Origin: a virus
Direction: 5' to 3' (one strand)
Length of the DNA stretch: 64,000 nucleotides
Virus record (IMG/VR): IMGVR_UViG_3300006329_000001
Location: 98,718 to 162,717 of that record
Under the pieces are notes generated by a model. That model was not told the origin of the DNA. It worked only from the letters and a program-made list of their open reading frames with translations, and made no database searches. Positions 17,615 to 27,024 of the stretch are shown here, piece after piece. The position numbers were made by a program, and so were the translations under genes. Positions within the stretch are counted from its first letter, which is position 1, and each line of letters begins with the position of its first letter.

Positions 17615-18753
17615 TAAATTGCTTCCCTTAGTCTTAAGTATGTGTTGGTAGAGGTTGCTAACTCTTTTGATTTAGCAGGTCTTCTCTCTCCCCATGCTAA
17701 TAATACTTTCTTACCTTTATCCTTCTTCTCTCTTAATCCTTCGAACCTATCCTCATTTAATGCGTGCCATGCTCCATTTTTCTGAAGTGTGCAGGGTTGA
17801 TTGATAGTTAGGATCACACCTTTTGGATCGCATATTTCATAGAATACTGATTGACCTCTAGCATATGTGTTAACATTAGTAGCATTGCCTAGTCTCTCTT
17901 GTAACTTAGCATAATCCTTATTTGTTATGCTGAATAAGTAGTTTCCTTTACCTATGCACAATAAATGCTCATCAGATACAATACCAGTTGCTTTTAATAG
18001 TCTCTTGAGTACTAACTTATTATCAATCTGGTTAACTGCTTCAGATATAGTTTGAGCAACTTGCTTACCAATAGATTTGCAATCTGACTCCCATTGTGTC
18101 TTTACATCATCCCAGTATCTTGCTTGATCGCTATTGATGTAGAAATTACGAACTGCATCATTAATAGCATCTAATTGATGATAATAACCCAATAATTGTG
18201 GTGCAATCTCTTCTACTAAATTATCTCTTACTTCTCTCTTACTACCTTTAAACTTCTTACCTTGAGCATCCTTATAAATTCCTGGTGAACAATTAGTATT
18301 GTCAAATAAGAAATTATTTAATGTGCTGTTAAATGTACCTGAGCATACTTGTATAGAATCAAATCCATTTTTGTAGTTCTTAACTGATACTGATAACTGT
18401 TCACAATTATCAAATGTGATTAATAGATCACCTTTTAAATTCTTGTTTCTATACTCTGCATCTACACAAGTGAAGTAAAACTTTCTGTTAGGGAACTGAT
18501 TAATAAACTCTGGTAATAGTTGATGTACTGTCTTATCAACATTTGTTTTATACTTAGAGGATAGGAACTTGCTTAATACTCCTCTCTCTGTACAATATGA
18601 AATCCACTCCTCTTCCTGAGTAGCAGAGCAATGTGAAATTGCAACATCATGATTCTCTGCGTGCTTTTGTAGTTCTGAAGCAAGATAGATTTCAGCAGCA
18701 TCTTGGATGTAGTGATCTGTAGATGAACCTGCTCCTCTTTTTGTTTTTGTCAT
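17614..18753 (-). CDS. PD-(D/E)xK nuclease, type II restriction-endonuclease-like
   Basis: N-terminal helix with QDAAE and KGDLLI...SVSVKNY (D...xK) motif; ~380 aa; start trimmed to MTKTK. Confidence 0.55.
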   Translation of the reverse strand: MTKTKRGAGSSTDHYIQDAAEIYLASELQKHAENHDVAISHCSATQEEEWISYCTERGVLSKFLSSKYKTNVDKTVHQLLPEFINQFPNRKFYFTCVDAEYRNKNLKGDLLITFDNCEQLSVSVKNYKNGFDSIQVCSGTFNSTLNNFLFDNTNCSPGIYKDAQGKKFKGSKREVRDNLVEEIAPQLLGYYHQLDAINDAVRNFYINSDQARYWDDVKTQWESDCKSIGKQVAQTISEAVNQIDNKLVLKRLLKATGIVSDEHLLCIGKGNYLFSITNKDYAKLQERLGNATNVNTYARGQSVFYEICDPKGVILTINQPCTLQKNGAWHALNEDRFEGLREKKDKGKKVLLAWGERRPAKSKELATSTNTYLRLREAI

Positions 18754-18779
18754 TGATTCGCCTTTGCAAATAGTGTTTA

Positions 18780-18998
18780 TTAATCTAACCAAGAATCGTT
18801 TTCTGTAATCTTGAGTAGGTTGGGATTCTTTCGAACCTCATGTTGATAGTCTAACTCTTTATACAACTTATTGAGCAACTTTGTAACATAAGTTGATCTC
18901 TCTAATTTGTGTGATAATGAGAGTAGTTCCTCAACGTGCTGTTTACATTTTACAAGTGTAAAACATTCTTGGGTTGATACATCTATTTTACTATCCAT
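18780..18998 (-). CDS. Hypothetical protein
   Basis: MDSKID...; overlaps the upstream oxygenase stop. Confidence 0.6.
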   Translation of the reverse strand: MDSKIDVSTQECFTLVKCKQHVEELLSLSHKLERSTYVTKLLNKLYKELDYQHEVRKNPNLLKITENDSWLD

Positions 18999-19560
18999 TT
19001 GCAGAATAACCTCCTTGTGTTGTGATACTAGGTGAACTGTCCTTATGGTCAGCGATTGCACCTAAACTGATTCTCATTTTATCATGCACATAAGGTGGAT
19101 TCCCCTTATGTATCATGCTACTATCAAATACTATTATTCTACCTTGTCTAAATCTAACTCTATCCCCAGTTATAAATTCTGTATCACCTGATTCACCAAA
19201 TGCGTGGTATATTATACTTGTTGCAGGTATGTGTCTATCATCATGTAATTGTGATTCCATATCAGGTGATTGAGCATTAACTAATAACCTATGGATATGT
19301 GATATGGGTTTATCCTTACATATATCTTTCTTTATACATTCACAAAAATAACTAAAAAACCAATAGAATGGTGATGTATCACTAAAGTTATCATCCCTGA
19401 TAACAGTATTTCCCCAAAACCTAGTCTCTTTATAATCACCATAAGGTGCATTATTATAGTACATAGGGCAATATTCAGTTATCCATTGTGCCACGTCATC
19501 AACAATCCAATCAGGAAAATATCCATCAATGACCTTGACACCTTTAATATTATATGTCAT
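18991..19560 (-). CDS. 2OG-Fe(II) oxygenase (HxD type)
   Basis: LHDD, GDTEF, GRIIVFDS..IHKG, RIS. Confidence 0.85.
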   Translation of the reverse strand: MTYNIKGVKVIDGYFPDWIVDDVAQWITEYCPMYYNNAPYGDYKETRFWGNTVIRDDNFSDTSPFYWFFSYFCECIKKDICKDKPISHIHRLLVNAQSPDMESQLHDDRHIPATSIIYHAFGESGDTEFITGDRVRFRQGRIIVFDSSMIHKGNPPYVHDKMRISLGAIADHKDSSPSITTQGGYSANG

Positions 19561-20192
19561 GCTATATCTCTCCTTATCTCTTCTTGAGTTGGGATATACT
19601 TATTACCTGTTAACCTAAAGTTAGCAGATATAGTAATACGTTTATGTTCTGATTTTTGCATACTTACTTGATGATGTTGGTAGGCAGGGAATATAATAAT
19701 ATCCCCTTCTTTGACCTCAGGAAACCATGTAGTATGTACTGGGTAGTATTTACTAAAGTTACCTAAATGTACCTTTTGGTCAGGATGATAAAATATAAAA
19801 TTAGCATCCTCCTCAGGTATATAGTCTAAGAAATATGCACAACTAAATGTACAATCATCCCCACCTGCGTGAGTATGTACATCTTGCATATCTCCCTGAT
19901 TATATACATTAATCCATGACTCAAACATACTTATTCTATTGTTGACATCACCACCTAATTTCATGTGCATATCCATGAGACTATCTTGTATTGCCTTCTC
20001 AAAAACATCCCATGAAAAGTCTGTTAGATTTGTATTACTATCAAAACTGGATGATAGGTTACAATTCCACTCACTTGGATTATTTAATTGTGCATCATCT
20101 AATTCTTTAAGAAATAATCTCTTAAGGTATTGATGACTTGGCACTTCTCCATGATAATAAAATCCTGGAAATAGTGCCTTAATGTCTCCCAT
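19557..20192 (-). CDS. Putative 2OG-Fe(II) oxygenase (TIGR02466-like)
   Basis: WINVY..GDMQDVHTH, EGDIIIFP...HQV, RITISAN. Confidence 0.85.
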   Translation of the reverse strand: MGDIKALFPGFYYHGEVPSHQYLKRLFLKELDDAQLNNPSEWNCNLSSSFDSNTNLTDFSWDVFEKAIQDSLMDMHMKLGGDVNNRISMFESWINVYNQGDMQDVHTHAGGDDCTFSCAYFLDYIPEEDANFIFYHPDQKVHLGNFSKYYPVHTTWFPEVKEGDIIIFPAYQHHQVSMQKSEHKRITISANFRLTGNKYIPTQEEIRRDIA

Positions 20193-20193
20193 G

Positions 20194-21396
20194 TTATGTT
20201 ACTAAAGAAACTGGTGGTTGTCCATCAACAAATATAGCATCAACAACTTTCTGTAGTCTCTTGATGATATGTTTAGTCTTAGGATGTACTGGTACTGTTA
20301 CATAACCTGTTGGTTTATTGTATAGTTTCCAGTTCATAGGTGCTAACTCACCTGAGTTGATTCTATTACGATCATCACTATCTAGTCTAATAACCCGACC
20401 TATAGTCTGTGCCATTTCGACAACTGATAAGTAACGTAACATAATAGTATGAGTCAAACCAGATACGTTAATGCCCTCTGAAAGTATGCTGTAATGAAAG
20501 CATATAAAGGATATTGTAGCATCTTTTGACCACTCATGCAATGTTTTAAGGAACTCATGACGTGAGACTTTCTTGTCATTAACGTATGCACCAAATTTAC
20601 TGGTAACGTGTAATACATTGATGTCTCTCTCTTTTAGTTCCTCTAAGAGTGAAGTATGTCCTAACATATGACCTAATACCTTAGAACTAGGAACTGATAC
20701 TAATACCTTAAGAATACCATCATCATAAGCATTATCAATGATGTCTATTATACTATCTTGTGCAGGTTTTTCTGTATTAAATGGAACAATAGTAGGTGGT
20801 AGTATAGTTCCACTCTCTATTAATTCTTGTGCCTTTACATTGCAAATAGTATTACCATAGACATCAACATTATTCATACCTCTTTCATGCTTACGAGATA
20901 TACGAGGTGTTGCTGTAAAGAAATAGTTGCGTGTAGCATATTCTGAGAAGTATTTGGTACTCTCAAAGAATGATCTCGCTACACTATTATGTGATTCATC
21001 ATAATATACTGTATCAACCTCAACATCTAAACACTCTTGTATCTTGTGAAGTGAATGATATGTTGTAAATATCAGTTGATTATTGATGCTATTGTGAAAC
21101 CATTGTGTGATCTCATCATGCTTAGTAGTATTAAGGTATTCACTCTTACCACTATGAACATGTAATACATCAGCATCACAATATTCCATGAAATCTCTGC
21201 ATAGTTGTTGTGCCAATAATATACGAGGGGCGACTACAACTAAAGTCTGTGGGATGCTTTTTGAGAACTGGTTTAGAGCATCCTGTATCATAATATATGT
21301 TTTGCCTCCACCAGTAGGCACTATGATTTGACCTTTATCATCCGATACCATAGAGTCTAATGCCCTCTGTTGATGTGGTCGTAATGAAATAGTCAA
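20194..21396 (-). CDS. SF2 helicase/ATPase (type III restriction Res-subunit-like)
   Basis: LRPHQ Q-motif, PTGGGKT Walker A, DESH, TATP, LSEGINV, QTIGRVIR; TTG start chosen downstream of the promoter. Confidence 0.9.
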   Translation of the reverse strand: MTISLRPHQQRALDSMVSDDKGQIIVPTGGGKTYIMIQDALNQFSKSIPQTLVVVAPRILLAQQLCRDFMEYCDADVLHVHSGKSEYLNTTKHDEITQWFHNSINNQLIFTTYHSLHKIQECLDVEVDTVYYDESHNSVARSFFESTKYFSEYATRNYFFTATPRISRKHERGMNNVDVYGNTICNVKAQELIESGTILPPTIVPFNTEKPAQDSIIDIIDNAYDDGILKVLVSVPSSKVLGHMLGHTSLLEELKERDINVLHVTSKFGAYVNDKKVSRHEFLKTLHEWSKDATISFICFHYSILSEGINVSGLTHTIMLRYLSVVEMAQTIGRVIRLDSDDRNRINSGELAPMNWKLYNKPTGYVTVPVHPKTKHIIKRLQKVVDAIFVDGQPPVSLVT

Positions 21397-21419
21397 TGAA
21401 TTAATAATGTAATAATTTA

Positions 21420-21478
21420 ATTGTACCAATAAAAAAGCACCTGTGTAAAGGTGCTTGTGACAGTTACTTAATTGCTAC
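21420..21478 (-). promoter_or_regulatory. Early-type promoter for the helicase operon
   Basis: TTTACA-N18-(TGG)TACAAT with a degenerate upstream box pair at the same spacing as the other copies. Confidence 0.6.
21430..21456 (-). terminator. Rho-independent terminator
   Basis: AAGCACC/GGTGCTT stem followed by a U-tract on minus strand. Confidence 0.7.
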
Positions 21479-21688
21479 TCTGTCAGGAACTTTGATGCCT
21501 GTATTCATAACAAAGTTAACTACAAATGCTTCTAGGTATATTAGAGGTAGTATAACAAAATCAATACCTGATAGTTTGGATAGATCAGGGGATGTTGTCT
21601 TGGGTTCTACCTTAATAACCTCAACTTTAGGTTTCGCAGGTGTTGTCTTGCGTGTCCTTCTTTTGCGAGGTGTTGTAGGTGTTGTCAA
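21464..21688 (-). CDS. Hypothetical protein with basic N-terminus and C-terminal hydrophobic segment
   Basis: TTG start; PRKRRTRK..IDFVILPLIYLEAFVVNFV. Confidence 0.6.
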   Translation of the reverse strand: MTTPTTPRKRRTRKTTPAKPKVEVIKVEPKTTSPDLSKLSGIDFVILPLIYLEAFVVNFVMNTGIKVPDRVAIK

Positions 21689-21710
21689 TGTAGATAATAA
21701 TAAATGACGA

Positions 21711-21849
21711 GAGAAAACAAAACGATTAACTGAGAGGTTCGACTTAAAGACCTGTTCCACCTCGTTTTAACTATGCTAGTTAAATCTTTAGTCATCTAAT
21801 GACTTAAGGGATGAGATCACCCATGCCTCAGTAGGTGGTTTGTTTTCCC
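21711..21849 (-). ncRNA. Candidate multi-stem structured RNA (leader or sRNA)
   Basis: 11-bp closing stem GGGAAAACAAA/UUUGUUUUCUC, second stem ACUGAG/CUCAGU, three inner hairpins and a possible pseudoknot; begins at the predicted TSS. Confidence 0.6.
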
Positions 21850-21855
21850 ATTTAT

Positions 21856-21915
21856 ATATTACCACAAGGTCAACCCATTGCAATCATGCTTGTGCCAGTT
21901 TGTTGACCTGTCCAC
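21856..21915 (-). promoter_or_regulatory. Early promoter with upstream boxes, driving the structured RNA
   Basis: GTGGACA-N10-CTGGCAC, then TTGCAA-N16-TAATAT. Confidence 0.65.
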
Positions 21916-22069
21916 ACTTACAATCGGGGCAATCGATCTCTGATCGGTAACCTTCCAGTTTATTCAGTAGGTTTCCCAGTTCTAAACCATTTTGACAATA
22001 GTTCCCCATTGTCTTGCGAACTGTATCAATCATAAGATCAGTTTCTTGCTGACTAAAAACATATCTCAT
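21884..22069 (-). CDS. Hypothetical protein with C-terminal CPDCKC
   Basis: MRYVFSQQE...; ATGA-coupled. Confidence 0.6.
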   Translation of the reverse strand: MRYVFSQQETDLMIDTVRKTMGNYCQNGLELGNLLNKLEGYRSEIDCPDCKCGQVNKLAQA

Positions 22070-22221
22070 AGTAGTATTGCTCCAATAATAAATCCTTTGC
22101 CAAATGCTAGGCATAACATTTGATAGTCTGTTAGATTCCACTTAACTTGTATCTTCTTAGCAAGTGCTTTATCCCAATCTTTAATTTTAGTCAGGGCATT
22201 ACCCAAGTTAAAATTATACAT
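22066..22221 (-). CDS. Small membrane protein, 51 aa (not in ORF track)
   Basis: KIKDWDKALAKKIQ..LTDYQMLCLAFGKGFIIGAILL; AGGAGG RBS; ATAAATA late motif at 22241-22247. Confidence 0.75.
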   Translation of the reverse strand: MYNFNLGNALTKIKDWDKALAKKIQVKWNLTDYQMLCLAFGKGFIIGAILL

Positions 22222-22239
22222 AAGTGTCCTCCTAAAATA

Positions 22240-22587
22240 CTATTTATTCTCAGGTTCTTTACCAGTTATTTCTTTTGGCAAATCCTCATTTCCAGGATGT
22301 TCTCTTATATAACCAGTATAATTTTTCTTGTTGTGGAAATGGGTGTCCTCCATCCATAAATCATCCCATTGATGTGCATAAACTAATACTTTTACCTGTC
22401 TCTTGCCGTTCATAGTCTCTGGGTCATCCCACTCATGTGTAACGACAGTAATATATTGATCTGATATGAAATCAATATAACCTTCCTCTCCGTCAGGTGT
22501 CTTGACTCTCATACCCTTCTCAAGTGACTTGAGTATGTTTCTTAATTCCAATCTTACAGACTCCGATAGAAAAATAGGTGTACTCAT
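22240..22587 (-). CDS. Hypothetical protein (SH3-like beta barrel)
   Basis: GMRVK..GEEGYIDFISDQYITV. Confidence 0.7.
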   Translation of the reverse strand: MSTPIFLSESVRLELRNILKSLEKGMRVKTPDGEEGYIDFISDQYITVVTHEWDDPETMNGKRQVKVLVYAHQWDDLWMEDTHFHNKKNYTGYIREHPGNEDLPKEITGKEPENK

Positions 22588-23189
22588 AATTTTAGTAGTG
22601 AAGTTGGATTACCAAAATCACCCTTAAGAAATATATTAAATGCTAGTGAGTATCTCTCTCGCATTATTTGATTAGGTGTAACTAGATGCACTAAAGAACT
22701 GGGGAACATTACCACCATGCCATCCTTAGGTTGTATTGTCCATTGCTTACTATTATATAGATTACCTGTTTTGATACGAGGTGCAACCATACAATAAGAT
22801 TGATCTCTGAATACTAAATCACCACATCTTTCATGTGTTTGTAGATAACAAATACCACTAAACATGCTGTTGCGGTGGGAATGGTCATGTGTTTTCTCTT
22901 GGAATTTATGTCTATTAATCCATGAGCAAGTATATGTTATTTCATGACATCTTTCATCAATTCCTAATACTTTCCATACATATTCTTCCACATGATATTG
23001 TAACCAATCTCTAAATTTAGGTAGTTTATTCAGAACATTCATTTCGAATGTCTGACTACCTTCTCTTGGTGCTTTGTGATACTCCCATCCCTCAATGTCT
23101 CTAATAATATTAGGCATTGATGGGTCTTCTGCAACATATACAGGGGATGAGAACAGAGGTAGTATATCAGTTCTTACTGAAGTTCGCAT
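22584..23189 (-). CDS. Putative 2OG-Fe(II) oxygenase (TIGR02466-like)
   Basis: WIN..HSH.NSMFSGICY, FPSSLVH, RYSLAFN. Confidence 0.88.
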   Translation of the reverse strand: MRTSVRTDILPLFSSPVYVAEDPSMPNIIRDIEGWEYHKAPREGSQTFEMNVLNKLPKFRDWLQYHVEEYVWKVLGIDERCHEITYTCSWINRHKFQEKTHDHSHRNSMFSGICYLQTHERCGDLVFRDQSYCMVAPRIKTGNLYNSKQWTIQPKDGMVVMFPSSLVHLVTPNQIMRERYSLAFNIFLKGDFGNPTSLLKL

Positions 23190-23655
23190 TGATTAGAATC
23201 CTATTCTTGTGTTCACTTGGAGAATGACCAGTATGTTCTATCTTGCCATCAAATAATAATAGTCTGTTCGCTTTCGGTTCTACTTGCCATGTAATTCCTT
23301 CTTCTTTTAGTAGGGTGTTGCCATCACTATCATTAACATAGTATATACACACCCAATGTGGTTCTTTCTCATCAACGTGCCACCCATGTCTATACCCATT
23401 TGGATTAAGTATTGTCATGTCTGCTCTAACCCTCAAGACATTTCGGGCATTTAGGGCAGATTCCATCATTTCTACGAGGTGTGCAAATATGGGGTGTTCC
23501 TCAGCAGTTAACCAATGATTAAAACCAAATGCTTGTAGGTCATCATTACCATAGGTTAAAGTTTGTTGCATAAACCAAGGGAACTCCCATGATGTCATGT
23601 AATCATGTAGTTCTTTCCATTTGTCATGATCGAGGAAGTTATCCTCAATCTTCAT
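23167..23655 (-). CDS. 2OG-Fe(II) oxygenase (HxD type)
   Basis: WHVD, IYYVNDSDGNT, NRLLLFDG..EH, RILINAN. Confidence 0.88.
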   Translation of the reverse strand: MKIEDNFLDHDKWKELHDYMTSWEFPWFMQQTLTYGNDDLQAFGFNHWLTAEEHPIFAHLVEMMESALNARNVLRVRADMTILNPNGYRHGWHVDEKEPHWVCIYYVNDSDGNTLLKEEGITWQVEPKANRLLLFDGKIEHTGHSPSEHKNRILINANFSKN

Positions 23656-23821
23656 GCTTGAGATGTAAGGCGGACGCAATTTCATCTATCAGTTCACGTT
23701 GTTCTTCTGGAAGTTTTCCCAACTTATTATACCATTCTTTTTGTAATAAGAAAAGTGCCTTAGTTAATGTTTGTTTATGCTTCTGCTGTAGAGTCAAACA
23801 CTCTACTGCTATTGATGTCAT
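23645..23821 (-). CDS. Hypothetical 58-aa helical protein (not in ORF track)
   Basis: MTSIAVECLTLQQKHKQTLTKALFLLQKEWY...; overlaps the next start. Confidence 0.55.
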   Translation of the reverse strand: MTSIAVECLTLQQKHKQTLTKALFLLQKEWYNKLGKLPEEQRELIDEIASALHLKHED

Positions 23822-23849
23822 GATGCCCCCACATGCGGATTAATACTAT

Positions 23850-24548
23850 TTAGAATAGTTGATACGATTCCCGATCACTACACTCACACCTCTTAGGACA
23901 CCAGATAGGTACTGATATTGAGAGTCTCTTCTTAGAGGGATATGCTTTGTGTAGTTTCCTTTGTGGCAAGTATAGCACATCTCCCGCTTTAAGCACAGTA
24001 TCCAACTGAATTGTTAGTTCATCCTGACTTGGTACATGTGGGTACTCTTCTGTGCTTGGTATCAATGCACTTGCTCTGTTCTCATACACTACCCATCTAG
24101 TCTCACCATCCATCTGCATAATATAAGTTGGACCTTGATCCCAATGTGGATGAAATGATTTTGCTTGTGGTCTTGTACCTAAGTTCATAAAGATATGACA
24201 GTCAGCACACCCATCAAATCTAGTCTCGAACTCAGTTAATAGTTCTTCTACCTTACTATTACCATGACCATACTGTGATATATTTACTGTCCATCCATCC
24301 TTTGCATACGCAAATAGATCAGTCTTCTTATATACTCCCTTATAAAACCATGGTTCTTCTACTGTCTCTAAATCTATTCTCTTACCATCATCACCTAATA
24401 CTGTAGTGATGTAATTCCATGGGGCATTTAGGGCATTTTCTGCATCCTCCCATGTGACTATCTGACCTACAGCATTATGCCATACTCTAGGTTCATCATT
24501 ATATTTGTAGACCTCAGGGTCAAGAAATTCGTAGTTTAAAATTGACAT
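23850..24548 (-). CDS. JmjC/cupin_4 (ROXA/YcfD-like) oxygenase
   Basis: SFHPHWD..YIMQMDGETRW, L.AGDVLYLP...H. Confidence 0.85.
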   Translation of the reverse strand: MSILNYEFLDPEVYKYNDEPRVWHNAVGQIVTWEDAENALNAPWNYITTVLGDDGKRIDLETVEEPWFYKGVYKKTDLFAYAKDGWTVNISQYGHGNSKVEELLTEFETRFDGCADCHIFMNLGTRPQAKSFHPHWDQGPTYIMQMDGETRWVVYENRASALIPSTEEYPHVPSQDELTIQLDTVLKAGDVLYLPQRKLHKAYPSKKRLSISVPIWCPKRCECSDRESYQLF

Positions 24549-25050
24549 TCATTGCAATCCTAATACCCTGTGTAGGTGATGATGAAGCATGGATCTCTGA
24601 TCCACCGAATACTATCATCTTACCTTTAAGTGGTGACTCTCTGTGAATAATTTTATGATCCTTATCAAAGAAAAATGTATCACCCTCTGCTTCATTGACA
24701 TAATATAATGCAGTAGTGTGATCGAAATCATAATCTGTATGTGGTGCATGATGTAGCATACCATCAGGATAACATAGTCCTAATCGTACACGATATATGT
24801 CCTCCACTCTTGCATCACATTTCTCTGCAATGCAATATAATGCACTCTCAAATAATCCTGTCTGTTCACTAACAGGTTGATACTCATCTATTAATTGATG
24901 AGAGAATGACTGTGCCTTGATACCATCATGACTGTCTGCAACTTGATATGTAGTATCATCTAACCAATACCATGGAAATGTAGGGTTACGACAAATACTG
25001 TCCAGTTGATTAACTATAGGTTCTGGTAACGTATTAAAAACGGATTTCAT
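24520..25050 (-). CDS. 2OG-Fe(II) oxygenase (HxD type)
   Basis: PHTD, LYYVNEAEGDT, HASSSP, RIAMNVN. Confidence 0.88.
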   Translation of the reverse strand: MKSVFNTLPEPIVNQLDSICRNPTFPWYWLDDTTYQVADSHDGIKAQSFSHQLIDEYQPVSEQTGLFESALYCIAEKCDARVEDIYRVRLGLCYPDGMLHHAPHTDYDFDHTTALYYVNEAEGDTFFFDKDHKIIHRESPLKGKMIVFGGSEIHASSSPTQGIRIAMNVNFKLRIS

Positions 25051-25738
25051 ACTGTCTCCTATCACTTGGTACATCACGAGGATATGCACATGGTATGCTC
25101 ATACTTAATCTCTTACCACCTGGAAATGGTTTATGGTATGTCCTCGCAGGGAAATACATTACATCACCTGCTTCTAGTGTAACGTCAAGATCAACTGTTA
25201 GGTTATGTCCTTCATTATCAGGACTATATGGGTTGTCATCCATCTTAATTAATGCACTACACCTCTCTTTATATACTTGCCAGTGTGTTTCTCCTTCTAA
25301 CTGACATATAAAATTGGGTGGTAAATCCCAGTGTGCACCAAAGGATACACCATTTGGTTTAGCATTACCAAATATATGTGCATCACAATTACAATCATAT
25401 CTGTCCTCTATATTTTCTAATAGATTATCTACTGCTGCATTAAAATGTCCATACTGTTCTATAGTAAATGTTAACCCCTCCTCAATACCTTGGAACAGTT
25501 CTTCCTTAATAGGAAACTTATCTTCATACCATACCTCAAACTTCTCAGTAAGGTCTAGTCTCCTACCATCAGTATTGAGCAAGCAACATCTATAATGCCA
25601 TGGGTTATTCATGCACTTGGTTACATCATCCCATGTACAATACTGTTCGGGATTCTTTAATGCACCTTTCCAGACTCTTGGTCTATCATCTGTCTGGAAT
25701 ATATTTGGATTTAGAAATGGTAAATTAAGAACTTCCAT
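25034..25738 (-). CDS. JmjC/cupin_4 oxygenase, paralog of 23850-24548
   Basis: SFGAHWD..FICQLEGETHW, LEAGDVMYFP...H. Confidence 0.85.
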   Translation of the reverse strand: MEVLNLPFLNPNIFQTDDRPRVWKGALKNPEQYCTWDDVTKCMNNPWHYRCCLLNTDGRRLDLTEKFEVWYEDKFPIKEELFQGIEEGLTFTIEQYGHFNAAVDNLLENIEDRYDCNCDAHIFGNAKPNGVSFGAHWDLPPNFICQLEGETHWQVYKERCSALIKMDDNPYSPDNEGHNLTVDLDVTLEAGDVMYFPARTYHKPFPGGKRLSMSIPCAYPRDVPSDRRQYEIRF

Positions 25739-26363
25739 AGTCTCCTTCACTTGGGTCTAGTGGGAACCCACTAAAATTTATACTAATAGCAATGCGTTCA
25801 TCTTTGCCATTTGGTTGTGTCTCATGATATAACCATGATGGGAATATAACATAATCATATGATTTTGCTTTATATGTATAATGTTTCTTATCGTTAATAA
25901 AACTAGATTCTAGAGGTGACATACCCCAAATAGTTTCTAGTGGATCACGAAATAATAAATGACCATAGTCAGGGTTCTTCTTAAGATAATATACACATGA
26001 TACATGTGACTTACCTCTACCTGCTGAGTGATTATGCTCTGATGTAGTATCTCCTTCGAAATGCTGATTCGACCACATACTGTCAATATACATGTGGAAG
26101 TCTCTGCGATAATCAAGAGTATTATCCCAGTAATCATGTACTTCATCTAACATAGGCATGGTTAACCAATCAAATGTAGGTGATTGATACAATTCCATTC
26201 CTTGTTTTAGTTCACCAGTTGATTTACCTGATTCACCTGCCCATACACCACGATTAGCAACTGACCATGCTTCATCTAAGAATGATAGTGATGCTGTCAG
26301 TTGTTCATCAGTTGGTACTATCGTTCCCGTCACTACGGGTACCGAGAATAGTTGTTCTATCAT
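25725..26363 (-). CDS. Putative 2OG-Fe(II) oxygenase (TIGR02466-like)
   Basis: WSN..EHNH..VSCVYY, FPSWLYH, RIAISIN. Confidence 0.88.
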   Translation of the reverse strand: MIEQLFSVPVVTGTIVPTDEQLTASLSFLDEAWSVANRGVWAGESGKSTGELKQGMELYQSPTFDWLTMPMLDEVHDYWDNTLDYRRDFHMYIDSMWSNQHFEGDTTSEHNHSAGRGKSHVSCVYYLKKNPDYGHLLFRDPLETIWGMSPLESSFINDKKHYTYKAKSYDYVIFPSWLYHETQPNGKDERIAISINFSGFPLDPSEGDYGSS

Positions 26364-27024
26364 GACTTTTAATAATATCAGACATATCTCTTTTGTTCCT
26401 GTTCGGAATCAAATTAAATGAGATACTAATACGATCTTCATCAGTATGGTTCTCTCTCACACCATGAGATACCCATGATGGAAATAGAACTAATCGACCT
26501 TCTTTTGGTGGATAAGACATAGTTGCATGAGTATGTGGTGCTTCTGCCTTACTCAAATCCTCTGCTAATCCGAGAGAATGAACTACATATCCCTCCATAG
26601 GATTCTTATGGAATGTGATACTACCACAATCCCCTTCCTTAGGAGTCTTGACATAAAATGCACCAGACATTATAGAACCTGGATGCACATGTACCTCATT
26701 GTATCCTCCCTTATTATTAATATTAATCCATACGTTAGCAAATTCCAACGTAGTAGCACATGACTCAAATGAATCAAATGCTTTATTACCCCAGTGTTTA
26801 ATTTGTCTGCATAAATTAGCAAACTCATCATCCTCTGGTTCTTGCACTAATTCCTCACCAAAAAAGTCAGGGGACTGATAATTCAGTATTCCCCTGTTAC
26901 TTCTTTCTTTTGTAGGCATACCCTCAGCAATACCATAACATATTTCTTGCATTGCTGCTACATCAATATCTAAATCCAACCACCAAATAGGAGTGGGGAA
27001 AATATAATCAAGATTGAGATCCAT
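26308..27024 (-). CDS. Putative 2OG-Fe(II) oxygenase (TIGR02466-like)
   Basis: WININ..GGYNEVHVHPGS..SGAFYV, EGRLVLFPSWVSH, RISISFN. Confidence 0.92.
   Translation of the reverse strand: MDLNLDYIFPTPIWWLDLDIDVAAMQEICYGIAEGMPTKERSNRGILNYQSPDFFGEELVQEPEDDEFANLCRQIKHWGNKAFDSFESCATTLEFANVWININNKGGYNEVHVHPGSIMSGAFYVKTPKEGDCGSITFHKNPMEGYVVHSLGLAEDLSKAEAPHTHATMSYPPKEGRLVLFPSWVSHGVRENHTDEDRISISFNLIPNRNKRDMSDIIKSHDRTTILGTRSDGNDSTN

Noticed and set aside
21730-21750. GGTTCGA as a tRNA T-loop
   Set aside because: No cloverleaf or acceptor stem; the promoter indicates the opposite strand is transcribed
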